DNA of 64,000 nucleotides from an uncultured beta proteobacterium (GTDB taxonomy: Bacteria > Pseudomonadota > Gammaproteobacteria > Burkholderiales > SG8-41), in assembly GCA_963778865.1 (NCBI GenBank), contig CAVZWF010000006.1, positions 135,959 through 199,958 of the forward strand. The letters are read 5' to 3'. The notes beneath the pieces are model-generated. The model had not been told where the DNA came from and did not search any database. It worked only from the letters and a program-made list of their open reading frames with translations. The position numbers and the translations under genes are program-made. Position 1 is the first letter of the stretch, and every line of letters starts with the position of its first letter. This document shows positions 39,590-49,593 of the stretch, piece after piece.

Positions 39590-40867
39590 CTACTCCCGCA
39601 GGAACTCTGCCCCCGTAGCCGGCATCAAAAACTCTTTGTTCATTTCTTTGAGCGTGTTGATACCCAGCATCGCCATGTCGCGGTCGATTTCGTCTATCAG
39701 CAGCTTGACGGCATGATCGACGCCGCGCTGGCCGGCGACGGCCGCCGCGCACAGGAACGGGCGGCCGATGAAGCAGAAATCCGCGCCGAGCGCGAGGGCT
39801 TTCAGAACGTCGGTGCCGCGCCGGAAGCCGCTGTCCATGATCAGCGTCATGCCGCCCGCCGCTTCGCGCAAGCCCGGCAACACGCGTAGCGGCGACACGG
39901 TGCCGTCGAGTTGCCTGCCGCCGTGGTTGGAAACCATGATGCCGTCAACTCCGTGTTCGCGCGCCATGCGCACCACGTCTTTGTGCAGCACGCCTTTCAA
40001 CAGCAGATTGCCTTTCCAGATTTTGCGCATATGCGCGACGTGTTTCCAGGTGAGCCGGTCGCGCCGGCCGTAGCCGCGCATGGCTGTTTTCGAAATCAGC
40101 GGCACGCGCGGCCCCAGATTTTCGACGTGCGGCATGCCGTCCTTGATCAGCGTTTTCAGGAACATGCCGAAGAGCCACCGGGGTCTGACCATGCAGTCCC
40201 ACGCCAGACGCGGCGTCGGGCGCAGCGGATTGTTGTAGCCGGCACGCACATTGTTTTCGCGGTTGGCGGCGACTTGCACGTCCACGGTGACCGCGATGGT
40301 TTCGAAGCCCGCTTTCGCGGCGCGCTCGAAGGTTTCGCTGATGCGATCTTCGTCGCCCGGCAGATAGGCCTGAAACATCGCGGTACTGCCTGCGGCTCTC
40401 ACGTCCTCCATTTTCATCAGCGACGCGCCGCTCATCATCATCGGAATATTCGCCGCCGCCGCCGCGCGTGCGAGCACGACGTCGCCCTGATACGTCGCGA
40501 TCGAGGTGCCGCCCATCGGCGCAAAGCCGAAGGGCGCGCTGTAGGTGTGGCCGAAGAGTTCGGTTTTCATGGTGCGCTGCGTGGTGTCCACCAGCGGCTT
40601 GGGCACGAAGCCGATTTCCTCGAACACATCGCGATTGCCGCGCAGCGACATATTGTTTTCAACGCCGCCGGTGATATAGCCGTAAATCGGGCGCGGCAGG
40701 ATCTTGCGCGCGTGGTCGATAAAATCCTGCAACGACAGGTAGTCGCGCAGGCCGCGCGGCAGCGAGCGTTTGTCGACGAACGAGAGTCCGCCGACGCTGT
40801 CGGGCTTGGGGGCGAGGTCGGGGGCTGCGGTGCTGACTGAGGCGGTTGTATTCATGGTATCGGCCAT
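39590..40867 (-). CDS. FMN-dependent alpha-hydroxy acid dehydrogenase (L-lactate / mandelate dehydrogenase family)
   Basis: Intact. Start taken at MADTMNTTASV (40867); 40855 is also possible. Motifs ..SNHGGRQLDG.. and ..DSGFRRGTDVLKALALGA.. Confidence 0.85.
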   Translation of the reverse strand: MADTMNTTASVSTAAPDLAPKPDSVGGLSFVDKRSLPRGLRDYLSLQDFIDHARKILPRPIYGYITGGVENNMSLRGNRDVFEEIGFVPKPLVDTTQRTMKTELFGHTYSAPFGFAPMGGTSIATYQGDVVLARAAAAANIPMMMSGASLMKMEDVRAAGSTAMFQAYLPGDEDRISETFERAAKAGFETIAVTVDVQVAANRENNVRAGYNNPLRPTPRLAWDCMVRPRWLFGMFLKTLIKDGMPHVENLGPRVPLISKTAMRGYGRRDRLTWKHVAHMRKIWKGNLLLKGVLHKDVVRMAREHGVDGIMVSNHGGRQLDGTVSPLRVLPGLREAAGGMTLIMDSGFRRGTDVLKALALGADFCFIGRPFLCAAAVAGQRGVDHAVKLLIDEIDRDMAMLGINTLKEMNKEFLMPATGAEFLRE

Positions 40868-40939
40868 TGGAAGGATGGAAAAGGCGTAATTTCCCGGATG
40901 CCGGCAATTATAATCGCACCGAGAGATCACAGTCTCGCA

Positions 40940-41118
40940 AACCACGCATTCATATCGCCGATATCGGGACCAGCGGCCTTATCGACGCGCTGTGCGCGCG
41001 CGAACTCGCAAAAGGAATCCCCGGCGCCGGATTCATGGAGATATCCGAGTGCGGGCATTGTCCGCAACTCGAAAAGCCGGGATTCTTCGCAAAAACCGTC
41101 GAAGAATTTTTGCGCTGA
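40940..41118 (+). pseudogene. 3-prime fragment of an alpha/beta hydrolase gene (copy of the end of 38748-39526)
   Basis: Reads ..ARELAKGIPGAGFMEISECGHCPQLEKPGFFAKTVEEFLR*, against RELANGIPGAGFMEIPECGHCPQLEKPDVFVKTVEEFLR* in the full gene. About 86% nt identity over 40994-41118 by hand alignment. Confidence 0.7.
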
Positions 41119-41240
41119 CGCTACAGCACTGAGCAATACCTGTATAGCATTAAGAGCTGACTCGGCACACCTTTGTGCTTCGCTATTGATGATTCGGCGC
41201 CACTCAACCAGTCAATCGTAGACCGGTGCGCTGGAACCTA

Positions 41241-41774
41241 TTACTTTTTTCTGCTCGCCGAGCTGATATTCATCAGCGTTTTATTCACATTGGCTTCCGC
41301 TGCATCTGTTCCCTGTTTGGCGGCCTTACTCATGGCGTCGAACGCATTCTGGGAGGACGCGAACGCTGCCTTCATCGCATTCATCGCGGGTTCCGCGCCA
41401 CCGGGAGCGTGCTCGAAAAGTTTTGCCATCGCACCTTCCATCTCATGACGCATCGCATTGAAACGCTCCTCCATGAGCGCGGCAATCTCGTGCTGTGTAT
41501 GCGCTGCGATCTCGTAGACTTTGCGCGAATAGTCGACCGCGCTCGCAACCCCCTTCTCGGCGAGTGTGTTCGGCATGACCGGCATGCCCTGCGGATTATG
41601 ACCGGACGCTAGCGTTTGCACGGAAGCTGCCTGGTCGGTTGCGAAAGTCTTTGCTGCCTCCATTTGCAGGTTCAGCAGTTGGTTCGCCGCCTCTGCCGAA
41701 AGTTTGGCCAACTTCATAGCAGCATCCATGTTGCCTTTACCTACCAAGCTCATGTCTTCGATCGGATTAGTCAT
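41241..41774 (-). CDS. phasin family protein (PHA granule-associated)
   Basis: ATG 41774 (MTNPIEDMSLVGKGNMDAAMKLAKLSAEAANQLLNLQMEAAKTFATDQ...). Ala/Lys/Met-rich helical composition typical of phasins. Intact, somewhat lower GC. Confidence 0.7.
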   Translation of the reverse strand: MTNPIEDMSLVGKGNMDAAMKLAKLSAEAANQLLNLQMEAAKTFATDQAASVQTLASGHNPQGMPVMPNTLAEKGVASAVDYSRKVYEIAAHTQHEIAALMEERFNAMRHEMEGAMAKLFEHAPGGAEPAMNAMKAAFASSQNAFDAMSKAAKQGTDAAEANVNKTLMNISSASRKK

Positions 41775-42027
41775 TACCGTTTCCTTTATGTGAGGAAGTG
41801 CGTGTCGAACAATGCATCCGCCACACCCGCACAAGGCAAAGCGTGCATGGCCCCCCATTATCCCCCGAAGCTCTGTCGACTGCCGATAAACTAGCAGCAG
41901 TGTTGCAATGACCGATTGAACCCGCCGTCGATAGCGGACGTTCAGGACACGCAATTCATGCCGCACCGGTATCCTGATTTTCCACGGTTGTGGGCTCGAT
42001 TGAAATCCTCAGAAAGTGGTGTCCACC

Positions 42028-43175
42028 TCAGCGCTTGATTTTCAGCAAGCGCGCCGCGTTTCCGCCCATGATCAGATCCTTGTCGGCGCGCGCAAGACGC
42101 GGCACGCTTTCGATCAGTTTCACCGGGTTGTCCTCGCCCATGTCGAACGGGTAGTCGGTGCCGAGCACGACGTGTTCGGGGCCGTACTTGTCGATCAGGT
42201 GGCGCAGCATATCCGTGTCGAACGTGATGGTGTCGAAATAGAATTTCTTCAGGTAGCTCGACGGCGCCTTCTTGATGACGATACGGCAATCGGGCCGCGC
42301 GCGGTGGGCGTGGTCCATGCGCGCCCAGTAATGCGCGAGGTAGCCGCCCGAGTGCGGCAGCACGATCTTCAATTTCGAATTGCGCTCCATCACGCCGTCG
42401 AATATGAGGTGACTTACCGCCACCGTGGTTTCCAGCGGGTTGCCGATCACGTTGTTGAAGTAGTGGTCCATCAGACGCTCGCCCTGCGTGTAGCCGAGCG
42501 GGTGCATGAAGATCACGATGTCGAGTTCCTGCGCCTTGGCGAAGAATTTTTCGAGGCCCAGGCTGGGATCGGTCAGGTCCTTGCCGTTCACGTTGGGCAG
42601 TATCTCGACGCCGCGCATGCCGAGGTTGTTCACGCAATGCTCGAGTTCCGCCACCGCGAGGTCCGCGTTCTGCAGTGGCACCGTGCCCATCGCGACGAAG
42701 CGGTCGGGCCACGTCGCGGCGATTTCGGCGAGGCGCTCGTTGGCCATGCGCGCGAGTTCGCGGCCGAAATCCGGCTCGCTCCAGTAGATGCACTGGTTGG
42801 GCGCCGGGCACACCGCCTGTATGTCGATGCCCATGCGGTCCATGTCCTTCAGCCTCACCTCGATGGTCGAGAGCTTGGGCCCGCGATCCTGGATCTGCTT
42901 GACGTTGACTTCGCGTGTCAGCGCGTTGGCGAATACTCCGGATGGCTCGATACTGGCTCGCGTTCAGCGTGCGCGACTTTCGCGGCGATCGCCGGGTTCT
43001 GGTAATGGCAGTGCAGGTCGATGCGCAGGCTGCGCCCCTTGCGGTCGCGCACGACCTTGGTCGACGCTGCCGGGCGCGATTTGGCGACGGTTTTCGTCGA
43101 GCCCTTGCGCAAGAGCAGCGCGGGACGATGGCGATGCGTGGAATCGATACAGGCGGGAGTGCAGGTGAACATCAT
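42028..43175 (-). pseudogene. amidohydrolase-2 family protein (ACMSD-like decarboxylase/hydrolase), one frameshift about 42925
   Basis: 42918..43175 carries the N-terminal metal motif RIDLHCHY. 42028..42858 carries the rest (..MHPLGYT..LPHSGGYL..GTDYPFDMG..). The N-terminal extension MMFTCTPACIDS.. is uncertain. Confidence 0.75.
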
Positions 43176-43209
43176 GGTGAAATTTCCCGGTTAAAAGAAC
43201 AAAAAATTA

Positions 43210-43382
43210 TTGCCGCAGATAAACGCGGATGAGAATCAAAGCCAAGTCATCAAGGCCACGAATTATCACGGAAAGCACAAAGCGGAACAATACAATTGAT
43301 TTCAATAATCAAGAATTATTCGGCAATCCTTTTGATTATTTTTTTGAATTCATCTGCGTTTATCTGCGTTTATCTGCGGCTA
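43210..43382. repeat. inverted-repeat element, GCAGATAAAC family, largest compact copy
   Basis: Left arm TTGCCGCAGATAAACGCGGATGAG, right arm TTCATCTGCGTTTATCTGCGTTTATCTGCGGCTA, with an AT-rich spacer of about 115 nt beginning GAATCAAAGCC. Confidence 0.75.
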
Positions 43383-43403
43383 ATAGGACTTTTGAGGTTC
43401 CGC

Positions 43404-44132
43404 CTAGAACACGCCAAGGTGCTGCGTGATGAGCGCCTCGTTGTCGCGCACTTCATTCGCAACGCCGGCAAACACGACGCGGCCGGTATTGAGCATCACC
43501 ACGTCGTCGGCGAGATCGAACGCGAGCTTGATGTTCTGCTCGACCAGCACGATCGACTGGCCTTCTGCCTTGAGACGCGCGATGGTGCGCCCGACTTCGG
43601 CGACGATCAGCGGCGCCAGTCCCTCGGACGGTTCGTCCATCAGCAAGAGGCGCGGATTGCCCATCAGCGCGCGCCCGATCGCGAGCATCTGCTGCTCGCC
43701 GCCCGACAGCGAGCCCGCATGCTGCGCAAGCCTCTCCTTGAGGCGCGGGAAAAGGTCGCACACGCGATCCAACGTCCACGGCTGGTCGCTCCCGTTGCGC
43801 GATTGTCGCGCGACGAGCAGGTTTTCGCGCACGGTGAGCGTCGGGAATATCCGCCGCCCCTGCGGCACGAAGCCAATTCCCTTGCGCGAAATCGCTTCCG
43901 GCGCCAGCCGCGTTATGGGCTCGCCGAAAAGCCGGATGTCGCCGTCGCGCGGCGGCAAAAATCCGATGATCGTGCTCATACAGGTCGTCTTTCCCGCGCC
44001 GTTGCGTCCGAGCAGCGCCAGCACGCGGCCGGGGCTGACCGCGAACGACACGTCGTGCAGCACGTGGCTGTCGCCATAGAGCGCGTTGATGCCTCTTAAT
44101 ACCAGCGCATCCGTCGTCGACTCAGTTGCCAA
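43404..44132 (-). CDS. ABC transporter ATP-binding protein (LivF-like), cluster 2
   Basis: Intact 242 aa. GRNGAGKTT, LSGGEQQMLAIGRA, LLLMDEPSEGL, VEQN. Confidence 0.9.
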   Translation of the reverse strand: MATESTTDALVLRGINALYGDSHVLHDVSFAVSPGRVLALLGRNGAGKTTCMSTIIGFLPPRDGDIRLFGEPITRLAPEAISRKGIGFVPQGRRIFPTLTVRENLLVARQSRNGSDQPWTLDRVCDLFPRLKERLAQHAGSLSGGEQQMLAIGRALMGNPRLLLMDEPSEGLAPLIVAEVGRTIARLKAEGQSIVLVEQNIKLAFDLADDVVMLNTGRVVFAGVANEVRDNEALITQHLGVF

Positions 44133-44862
44133 GATAGACCTCGCGCGTTTTCGGGTCGGCGACGACTGCGCTGCGCGTACCCTCGACGATCACGCTGCCG
44201 TAATGCAGGACGGTGATGTTCTCCGCAAGGTCCAGTGCCGTGTCCATGTCGTGTTCGATCATGACCACGGTGGTCTCGCGCGGAATTTCCGCGATAAGCT
44301 GGCTGATCGAACCGCGTTCCTCGCGCGACAACCCGGCCAACGGCTCGTCGAGCAGCAGCACCTTCGGCTTTTGCGCGAGCGCCATCGCGATCTCGACGCG
44401 CCGCTTTTCGCCGTACGACACGACGCTCAATGGCCGCGCCGCGAGAGGCTCAAGACCAACCCGCGCGAGCACCGCGCGCGCCTGCGTGTAGAGATGCGCT
44501 TGCGCGGTGAGCGGCGCGAACATGTTCCAGCGTGCCGGCGCGCGCCCCAGCAACGACAGCACTACGTTGTGCTCGAGGGTATCGCGCGCAAACAAAGTGA
44601 TGATCTGGTAGGTGCGCGCGAGCCCGCGGTGCGCGCGCTGATGCGGCTTCAAGCGCTGAACCTCCGCGCCAAAGAGCTTGATGGTGCCGCTTTCGCGCTT
44701 GAGGTCGCCGGTAATGAGGTTAAACAGCGTCGTCTTGCCGGCGCCGTTCGGGCCGATGATGAGCCGGCGCTCGCCCGGCATCACCGCGAGCGAAACGTCG
44801 TTAATCGCGGGCAGCCCGCCGAACGATTTTTTCAGTCCGCTAATCTCGAGCGCGGGCGTCAT
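44122..44862 (-). CDS. ABC transporter ATP-binding protein (LivG-like), cluster 2
   Basis: ATG 44862 in an ATGA overlap with the LivM-like stop. MTPALEISGLKKSFGGLPAINDVSL..GPNGAGKTTLFN..YGEKRRVEIAMAL..LLLDEPLAGL..EHDM..VYLGN*. Confidence 0.9.
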   Translation of the reverse strand: MTPALEISGLKKSFGGLPAINDVSLAVMPGERRLIIGPNGAGKTTLFNLITGDLKRESGTIKLFGAEVQRLKPHQRAHRGLARTYQIITLFARDTLEHNVVLSLLGRAPARWNMFAPLTAQAHLYTQARAVLARVGLEPLAARPLSVVSYGEKRRVEIAMALAQKPKVLLLDEPLAGLSREERGSISQLIAEIPRETTVVMIEHDMDTALDLAENITVLHYGSVIVEGTRSAVVADPKTREVYLGN

Positions 44863-45830
44863 TGGCGTCTCCAACGCGCCCACAGACGGCGGACTCCCGG
44901 CACGATGCCATCGGGCATGAAAATCACGATCACGACGAAAACGAAGCCGAGCAGCATGTTCCAGTACCTGACGTACGCCGATACGTAGTTCTTGAGTATC
45001 ACCACGATCGCAGCACCCACGATCGGCCCCGCGAGCGTGCCGGAGCCGCCGGCGATCACCGCGAGGATGGCCTCCGCGGAACTGGTGAGCGACAGCGACG
45101 CCGGATGGATGTACTTGTTGTAATACACGAACAGCAACCCCGAGACGCCGCCCCAGAACCCCGCATAGACGAAAGTGATCCAGCGCACGAGCCACACGTT
45201 GTGGCCGAGCGCGCTCATGCGCCGTGCCTGGTCGCGCGTGCCTTTGAGCGCCGTGCCGAACGGCGAAGCCACGAACCGGGCGATCATCCAGATCGCGAAC
45301 GCGGTGACGATGAGCGCGAAGTAGTAGAACGCAGTCGAGTCGTCGAGATTGATGCCGAAGGGCGCCGGGCGCGTGAGGCCGCGCAGGCCGTTGTCGCCTT
45401 CGGTCACCGCCACCCAGCGGTAGGCGGTGCCCCACAGCACCTGCGACATCGCAAGGGTGAGCATCAGAAACCCCAGACCGGTTGCGCGCAGCGCGATCAG
45501 TCCGAACAGGCACGCCATCAGCGTCGTGGCGGCGAGCGCGAGCGGCCCGGTGATCCAGTGCGCGAATCCGAAGTGCAGATAGAAAAGCGCCGAAGTGTAG
45601 GCCGCCATGCCGAGAAACGCCGCGTGACCGAGAGACGGCAGGCCGCCATAGCCGACCAGCAGATTAAGGCTTGCCGCAAAAATCGCCGCGATGAAAATCT
45701 GGCTCGTCAGGTTGATGTAGAACTCGCCGGCGAACCACGGGTAGCCGAGCAGCAGAATCGCGAGTCCCGCCAGCCATGCGGCACGGTTCACGTCGACGCC
45801 TCCGCGAGGTATCCGGGTTTTCGACGCCAT
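44859..45830 (-). CDS. ABC transporter permease (LivM-like), cluster 2
   Basis: Start taken at MASKTRIPRGG (45830). Intact. ..LNLLVGYGGLPSLGHAAFLGMAAY..TEGDNGLRGL.. Confidence 0.85.
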   Translation of the reverse strand: MASKTRIPRGGVDVNRAAWLAGLAILLLGYPWFAGEFYINLTSQIFIAAIFAASLNLLVGYGGLPSLGHAAFLGMAAYTSALFYLHFGFAHWITGPLALAATTLMACLFGLIALRATGLGFLMLTLAMSQVLWGTAYRWVAVTEGDNGLRGLTRPAPFGINLDDSTAFYYFALIVTAFAIWMIARFVASPFGTALKGTRDQARRMSALGHNVWLVRWITFVYAGFWGGVSGLLFVYYNKYIHPASLSLTSSAEAILAVIAGGSGTLAGPIVGAAIVVILKNYVSAYVRYWNMLLGFVFVVIVIFMPDGIVPGVRRLWARWRRQ

Positions 45831-45894
45831 AGTGTCGGCGTTCGGCGCCGCTCGCCTAGTCGCATCCCCGCAAGCGGGGCCCCTGCTCCGGGGC

Positions 45895-46753
45895 TCACGT
45901 CGCGCGCCCAAACAGTCCGCGCGGGCGAAAAGCGATCACCACGATCATCGGCAAAAAGAGAATCACGTAGGCGAGCTGGGGAAAAAGCGCGATGCCGAAC
46001 GTATAGATGAAGCCGATGATGAAGCTGCCGACGAACGCGCCGACCAGACTGCCGACGCCGCCGAGGATCACGACGATCAGCGCGAGCGGCAGCATGTCGA
46101 AATCGAGACCGGGGTACGCGGACATGATGGGCCCGCCGATGATGCCGCCCGCGCCGGCGAGCCCCGCGCCGAGACAGAATACCGTCGTGAACAGCTTCGA
46201 CACCGGAATGCCGACCGCGCGCGCCATCTGCATATCGTCGACTCCCGCCCGTATCATCGCGCCGAGCCGCGTGCGCTCGATCAAGAGGTAGAGCAGGATC
46301 CCGGTGACGAGCGCGATGCGCGACCACGGCCAGCCGGTAGCTCGGGAACATGAAGCCCGCGATCTCGAGCGGCTGCTGCAGCGCCTCCGGCGTCGGCACC
46401 GGGATCGGGTCGCCGCCCCAGACGATGAGGCAGACATCCGCAATGATGTAGGCGACGCCGAGCGTCACCAGCACCTGGCCCAGCTCGTTGCCGGGAAGCC
46501 GGCGCAGGATCAGGCGCTCGAACAGTCCGCCCAACACCGCGACGGCGAGTCCGCCGAGGAGTGCTGCGAGCCACAGGTTCGGGACAACGATCAGAATGCT
46601 GGTGCCCAGGTAGGCACCGAGCATGTAGAGCGCGCCGTGCGTGAGGTTCGCGACCCGCAGCAGCCCGAAGATCAGCGAAAATCCCGCCGACAGCAGAAAC
46701 AGCAGCCCGCCGAGCGCGAGACTATTGAGCGTCTGTATGAGCCAGAATTGCAT
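45895..46753 (-). pseudogene. ABC transporter permease (LivH-like), cluster 2, one frameshift about 46330
   Basis: 45788..46753 (MQFWLIQTLNSLALGGLLFLLSAGFSLIFGLLRVANLTHGAL..) continues in 45895..46443 (..IERTRLGAMIRAGVDDMQMARAVGIPV..RPRGLFGRAT*). Confidence 0.85.
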
Positions 46754-46805
46754 GCGCGCAAAAAGCGGGAGCGACTCGCGCCGCCCCCGCTAACAATGAT
46801 GGTTG

Positions 46806-48060
46806 CTACTCGAGATTTTTCGCGGGCGGGTAGTCGCGCGAATAGACCGGATTCTTCAGGAACTCCTCGGGCTTGTAGGTCCAGAACTGGCTCACGTTCG
46901 GATAGGTCTGAACCACCGTGTTGACGAGCCTGCCCTCCTCCCGCTCGACCTTGCGGATGTAGACGTTGCCGACCACATTGCCGTACTGGTCGAATGCGAC
47001 GCGCCCGCGCACGGTGTCGGTCTTGCTCGCGCGCAGCGCCTTCATGAACGCCGGCTTGTCCTCGATCTTGCCCTTGACCGCATTCAGCGCGCCTTCCAGC
47101 ACCGCCGCTTCGACGTAGGTCGCGGCCGCGTAGAAACCCGGGTCGTATTTCGCCTCGGCGCGGAACGCCGCCGCGAATTTCTGGTTGAGCGGGTTTTCGA
47201 GCTTGGCCGAGTACCAGCAGGTCGTGATAATGCCCATCGCCTCGAATTTCATGTTGCGCAACACCGCCTCGTCGAGCGCGGTCATGCCGCCGACAATGTT
47301 CACCTTGCCGCGCAGCCCGTATTCGTTGAACTGGCGCACGTAGCGAAAACCGTTGGAGCCGGCGAAACCCAGGAAAATGCCGTCGATGTTGGTCTTCAAT
47401 TGCGCGAGGAAGGTGCCATAATCGGGCACGGTGAGCGGCGGGAACAGTTTTCTGCACGATCTTGCCGCCGAGCTCCTCGAACACGCGCTGGAAGCCCGCG
47501 CACATCTCGTGGCCGTAGGGAATGTCGTCTGCGATCACCGCCATGCGCCGGTACTTGAGCGTCTTGTAGCAGTAATCCGCGAGCGGATGCGCGCACTGCG
47601 ATGAAGTCGAGGTGCCGCGCACGAACCACGGGTTGGGTTTGCGCTGCGTCATGTCCTCGGCCGCGGCGACCGACAGGGTCGGCAGCTGCTGCTCGCGTAT
47701 GTAGTCGTCGGTCGCCAGCGCCTCGCCGGCCGCGAGCGGGCCGATCATGACGTTGATGCGGTCCTTCTCTACGAGTTCCTGGGTCTTGCTCTTGGCCTGC
47801 GCCGGGTTGCCGCCGCTGTCGCCGACAAAGAGTTCGATTTTGCGGCCGGCCAGCGTGTAGTTGCGTTCGCGCAGATACATGATCAGCGCTTTTTCCATGT
47901 CGATGCCGCCCGACGCGAGCGGCCCGGTCTTGACCGTCATCAGGCCGAGCCTGATCGGTGCGCCCTGCGCGCGCACGATCGCCGGGAAACCCCATGCCGA
48001 AGCCCCGATGCCCGCGCCGGCCGCCTGTATGAAACGTCTGCGATTGATGGTCATTTGCAT
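46806..48060 (-). pseudogene. Liv-type ABC transporter substrate-binding protein with twin-arginine signal, cluster 2, one frameshift
   Basis: MQMTINRRRFIQAAGAGIGASAWGFPAIVRAQG (Tat motif). The frame slips at the T-run 47448-47451: removing one base restores ..GGKIVQKLFPPLTVPDYGTFLAQL.., which joins 46672..48060 to 46806..47429. Confidence 0.85.
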
Positions 48061-48095
48061 TCCTCCTTGATGGAAATTCAGAAGCGATCTCTACA

Positions 48096-48128
48096 ATCCC
48101 CCCTCCACCTGCACAGGGGGCGAGGGAA
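48096..48128. repeat. degenerate GEG-type REP-like hairpin
   Basis: ATCCCCCCTCCACCTGCACAGGGGGCGAGGGAA, with C-run/G-run complementarity, between the SBP start and the isochorismatase-like stop. Confidence 0.3.
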
Positions 48129-48155
48129 CATTTTTGAACTTACTTTTCCGTCAGT

Positions 48156-48848
48156 CTATGCCGAACCCCGCGCGGCACGCGGTGTTCCCGTCGCCGTGCC
48201 GCCAAGCTTTTCGAACAACTGCTCGTTGGTGATCACCCAGCCCGAGGCAGCGCGCGACGTTTTGCAGCCCCAGCACGTGCAGGTCGTCACCATACATGCT
48301 TGCGACGCAATCGGAAAGCACCACGACGCGATAATCGAAATTGAACGCGGTGAACGACGGTGTTCAACACGCAGGTATTGGTATTGATTCCCATCAACAC
48401 CACGTTTTTGACCCCCAGCGTGTCGAGCAGCTGGCGCAGGTCGGTGCCGTAAAAGCAGTCGAGGCGCTTCTTGTTGTCGATCACGTAATCGCCGGCGCGA
48501 TACAGCTCCGGGATGATCTCGGTGCCGGGCGAGCCCTCGATGTTGTGCTCGCGCACGGTGCTCTTGCGTCCCGGCGTCAGGCGGTCCTCGGCACCCTGCG
48601 CCGCGTGCATCGCGCGCCAGAACGGCGACACCATGCCCTCGCTGCCGATGCCGGGCAGACGGCGGTAGACCAGCTTCACGTGTATCACCGGCACGCCGCG
48701 CGCTCGCGCGAAATCGAGCGCCGCACGCGCGTTCGCGATCACGCGCTTTGCATCGTCGGGCTGTAGCCGGCATGGTCGCGACCTCCATGTCGAGATGGCC
48801 GCGATGCATGTCTATCGTGACGATCGCCGTCTGCGCGGAATCGAGCAT
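48156..48848 (-). pseudogene. isochorismatase-family cysteine hydrolase, 2 frameshifts; start uncertain
   Basis: ..TAIVTIDMHRGHLD.. (48156..48968 N-part), ..ARARGVPVIHVKLVYRR..DYVIDNKKRLDCFYGTDLRQLLDTLGVKNVVLMGINTNTCVLNT (48287..48742) and the C-terminal ..DCVASMYGDDLH.. in the first frame. Confidence 0.7.
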
Positions 48849-48924
48849 TAGCTCTTTGTACAAGCCGTCGGTCAGGCTCGACACGGTCGACGATAGTTCA
48901 CGCTGGTCACAGCCACCCTCCCGC

Positions 48925-49578
48925 TCAATGCACCGGCGTCGCGTCGGGTTGCTTCTGCGGCAGTGCATTCTCGAATGCAGCCACCTTCATGCATTCGCCA
49001 AACACGCGCATCACCGTCGGCACGCCGGAAACGTCACACTTGAAATAATCTCTCGCGCCTATCACCTGCGACGCGAGACAGATGTCGGCGAGCGTCAACG
49101 TGTCGCCGTGGCAGTAGCGCCCGGTGTCCTTTTCCTTCGCCAGATGGCCTTCCACCGCTTCGAGCGCCTTTAACGACCAGTGCGCGAGCCAGCGGTTGCG
49201 CGCCGGCTCGTCGAGCTTCAGTTCCTTTTCCATGTAGGCACGGATGCGCGGCACGATCAGCGGATGACCGTCGCTGACCACGATCTGCGCGAGCCCGCGC
49301 ACGCGCGCGCGTCCGCGCGCATCTTTCGGCAGGAGCGGCGGCTGCGGGTGCGTCTCGTCAAGGTATTCGAGTATCGCCATCGACTGGAACAAGGGCGGCC
49401 CGTCATCGATTACGAGCGCGGGCACCACACCCTGCGGGTTGACCGCTCTGTACGCGGCGTCGTGCTGATTGCCTTTCAAGAGGTCGATCGATACCAGGTC
49501 GGCATCGAGCCCCTTGAGTGCCAGTGCGACGCGCACGCGGTAAGTCGCGAGCGAGCGCCAGAATCCGTAGAGTTTCAT
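48925..49578 (-). CDS. maiA: maleylacetoacetate / maleylpyruvate isomerase (zeta-class glutathione S-transferase)
   Basis: Intact 217 aa. MKLYGFWRSLATYRVRVALALKGLDADLVSIDLLKGNQHDAAYRAVNPQGVVPALV..QSMAILEYLDE matches the GST-zeta N-terminal SSCxWRVRIAL-like region and overall length. Confidence 0.8.
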   Translation of the reverse strand: MKLYGFWRSLATYRVRVALALKGLDADLVSIDLLKGNQHDAAYRAVNPQGVVPALVIDDGPPLFQSMAILEYLDETHPQPPLLPKDARGRARVRGLAQIVVSDGHPLIVPRIRAYMEKELKLDEPARNRWLAHWSLKALEAVEGHLAKEKDTGRYCHGDTLTLADICLASQVIGARDYFKCDVSGVPTVMRVFGECMKVAAFENALPQKQPDATPVH

Positions 49579-49593
49579 TCACGATTCTCCAGC

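Noticed and set aside
41775-42027. Possible PhaR-type operator upstream of the phasin gene (TGC-rich stretch GCAGCAGTGTTGCAATG).
   Set aside because: I cannot recall a precise consensus to compare against, and no phaR gene is in the window. The evidence is too weak to report as a feature.
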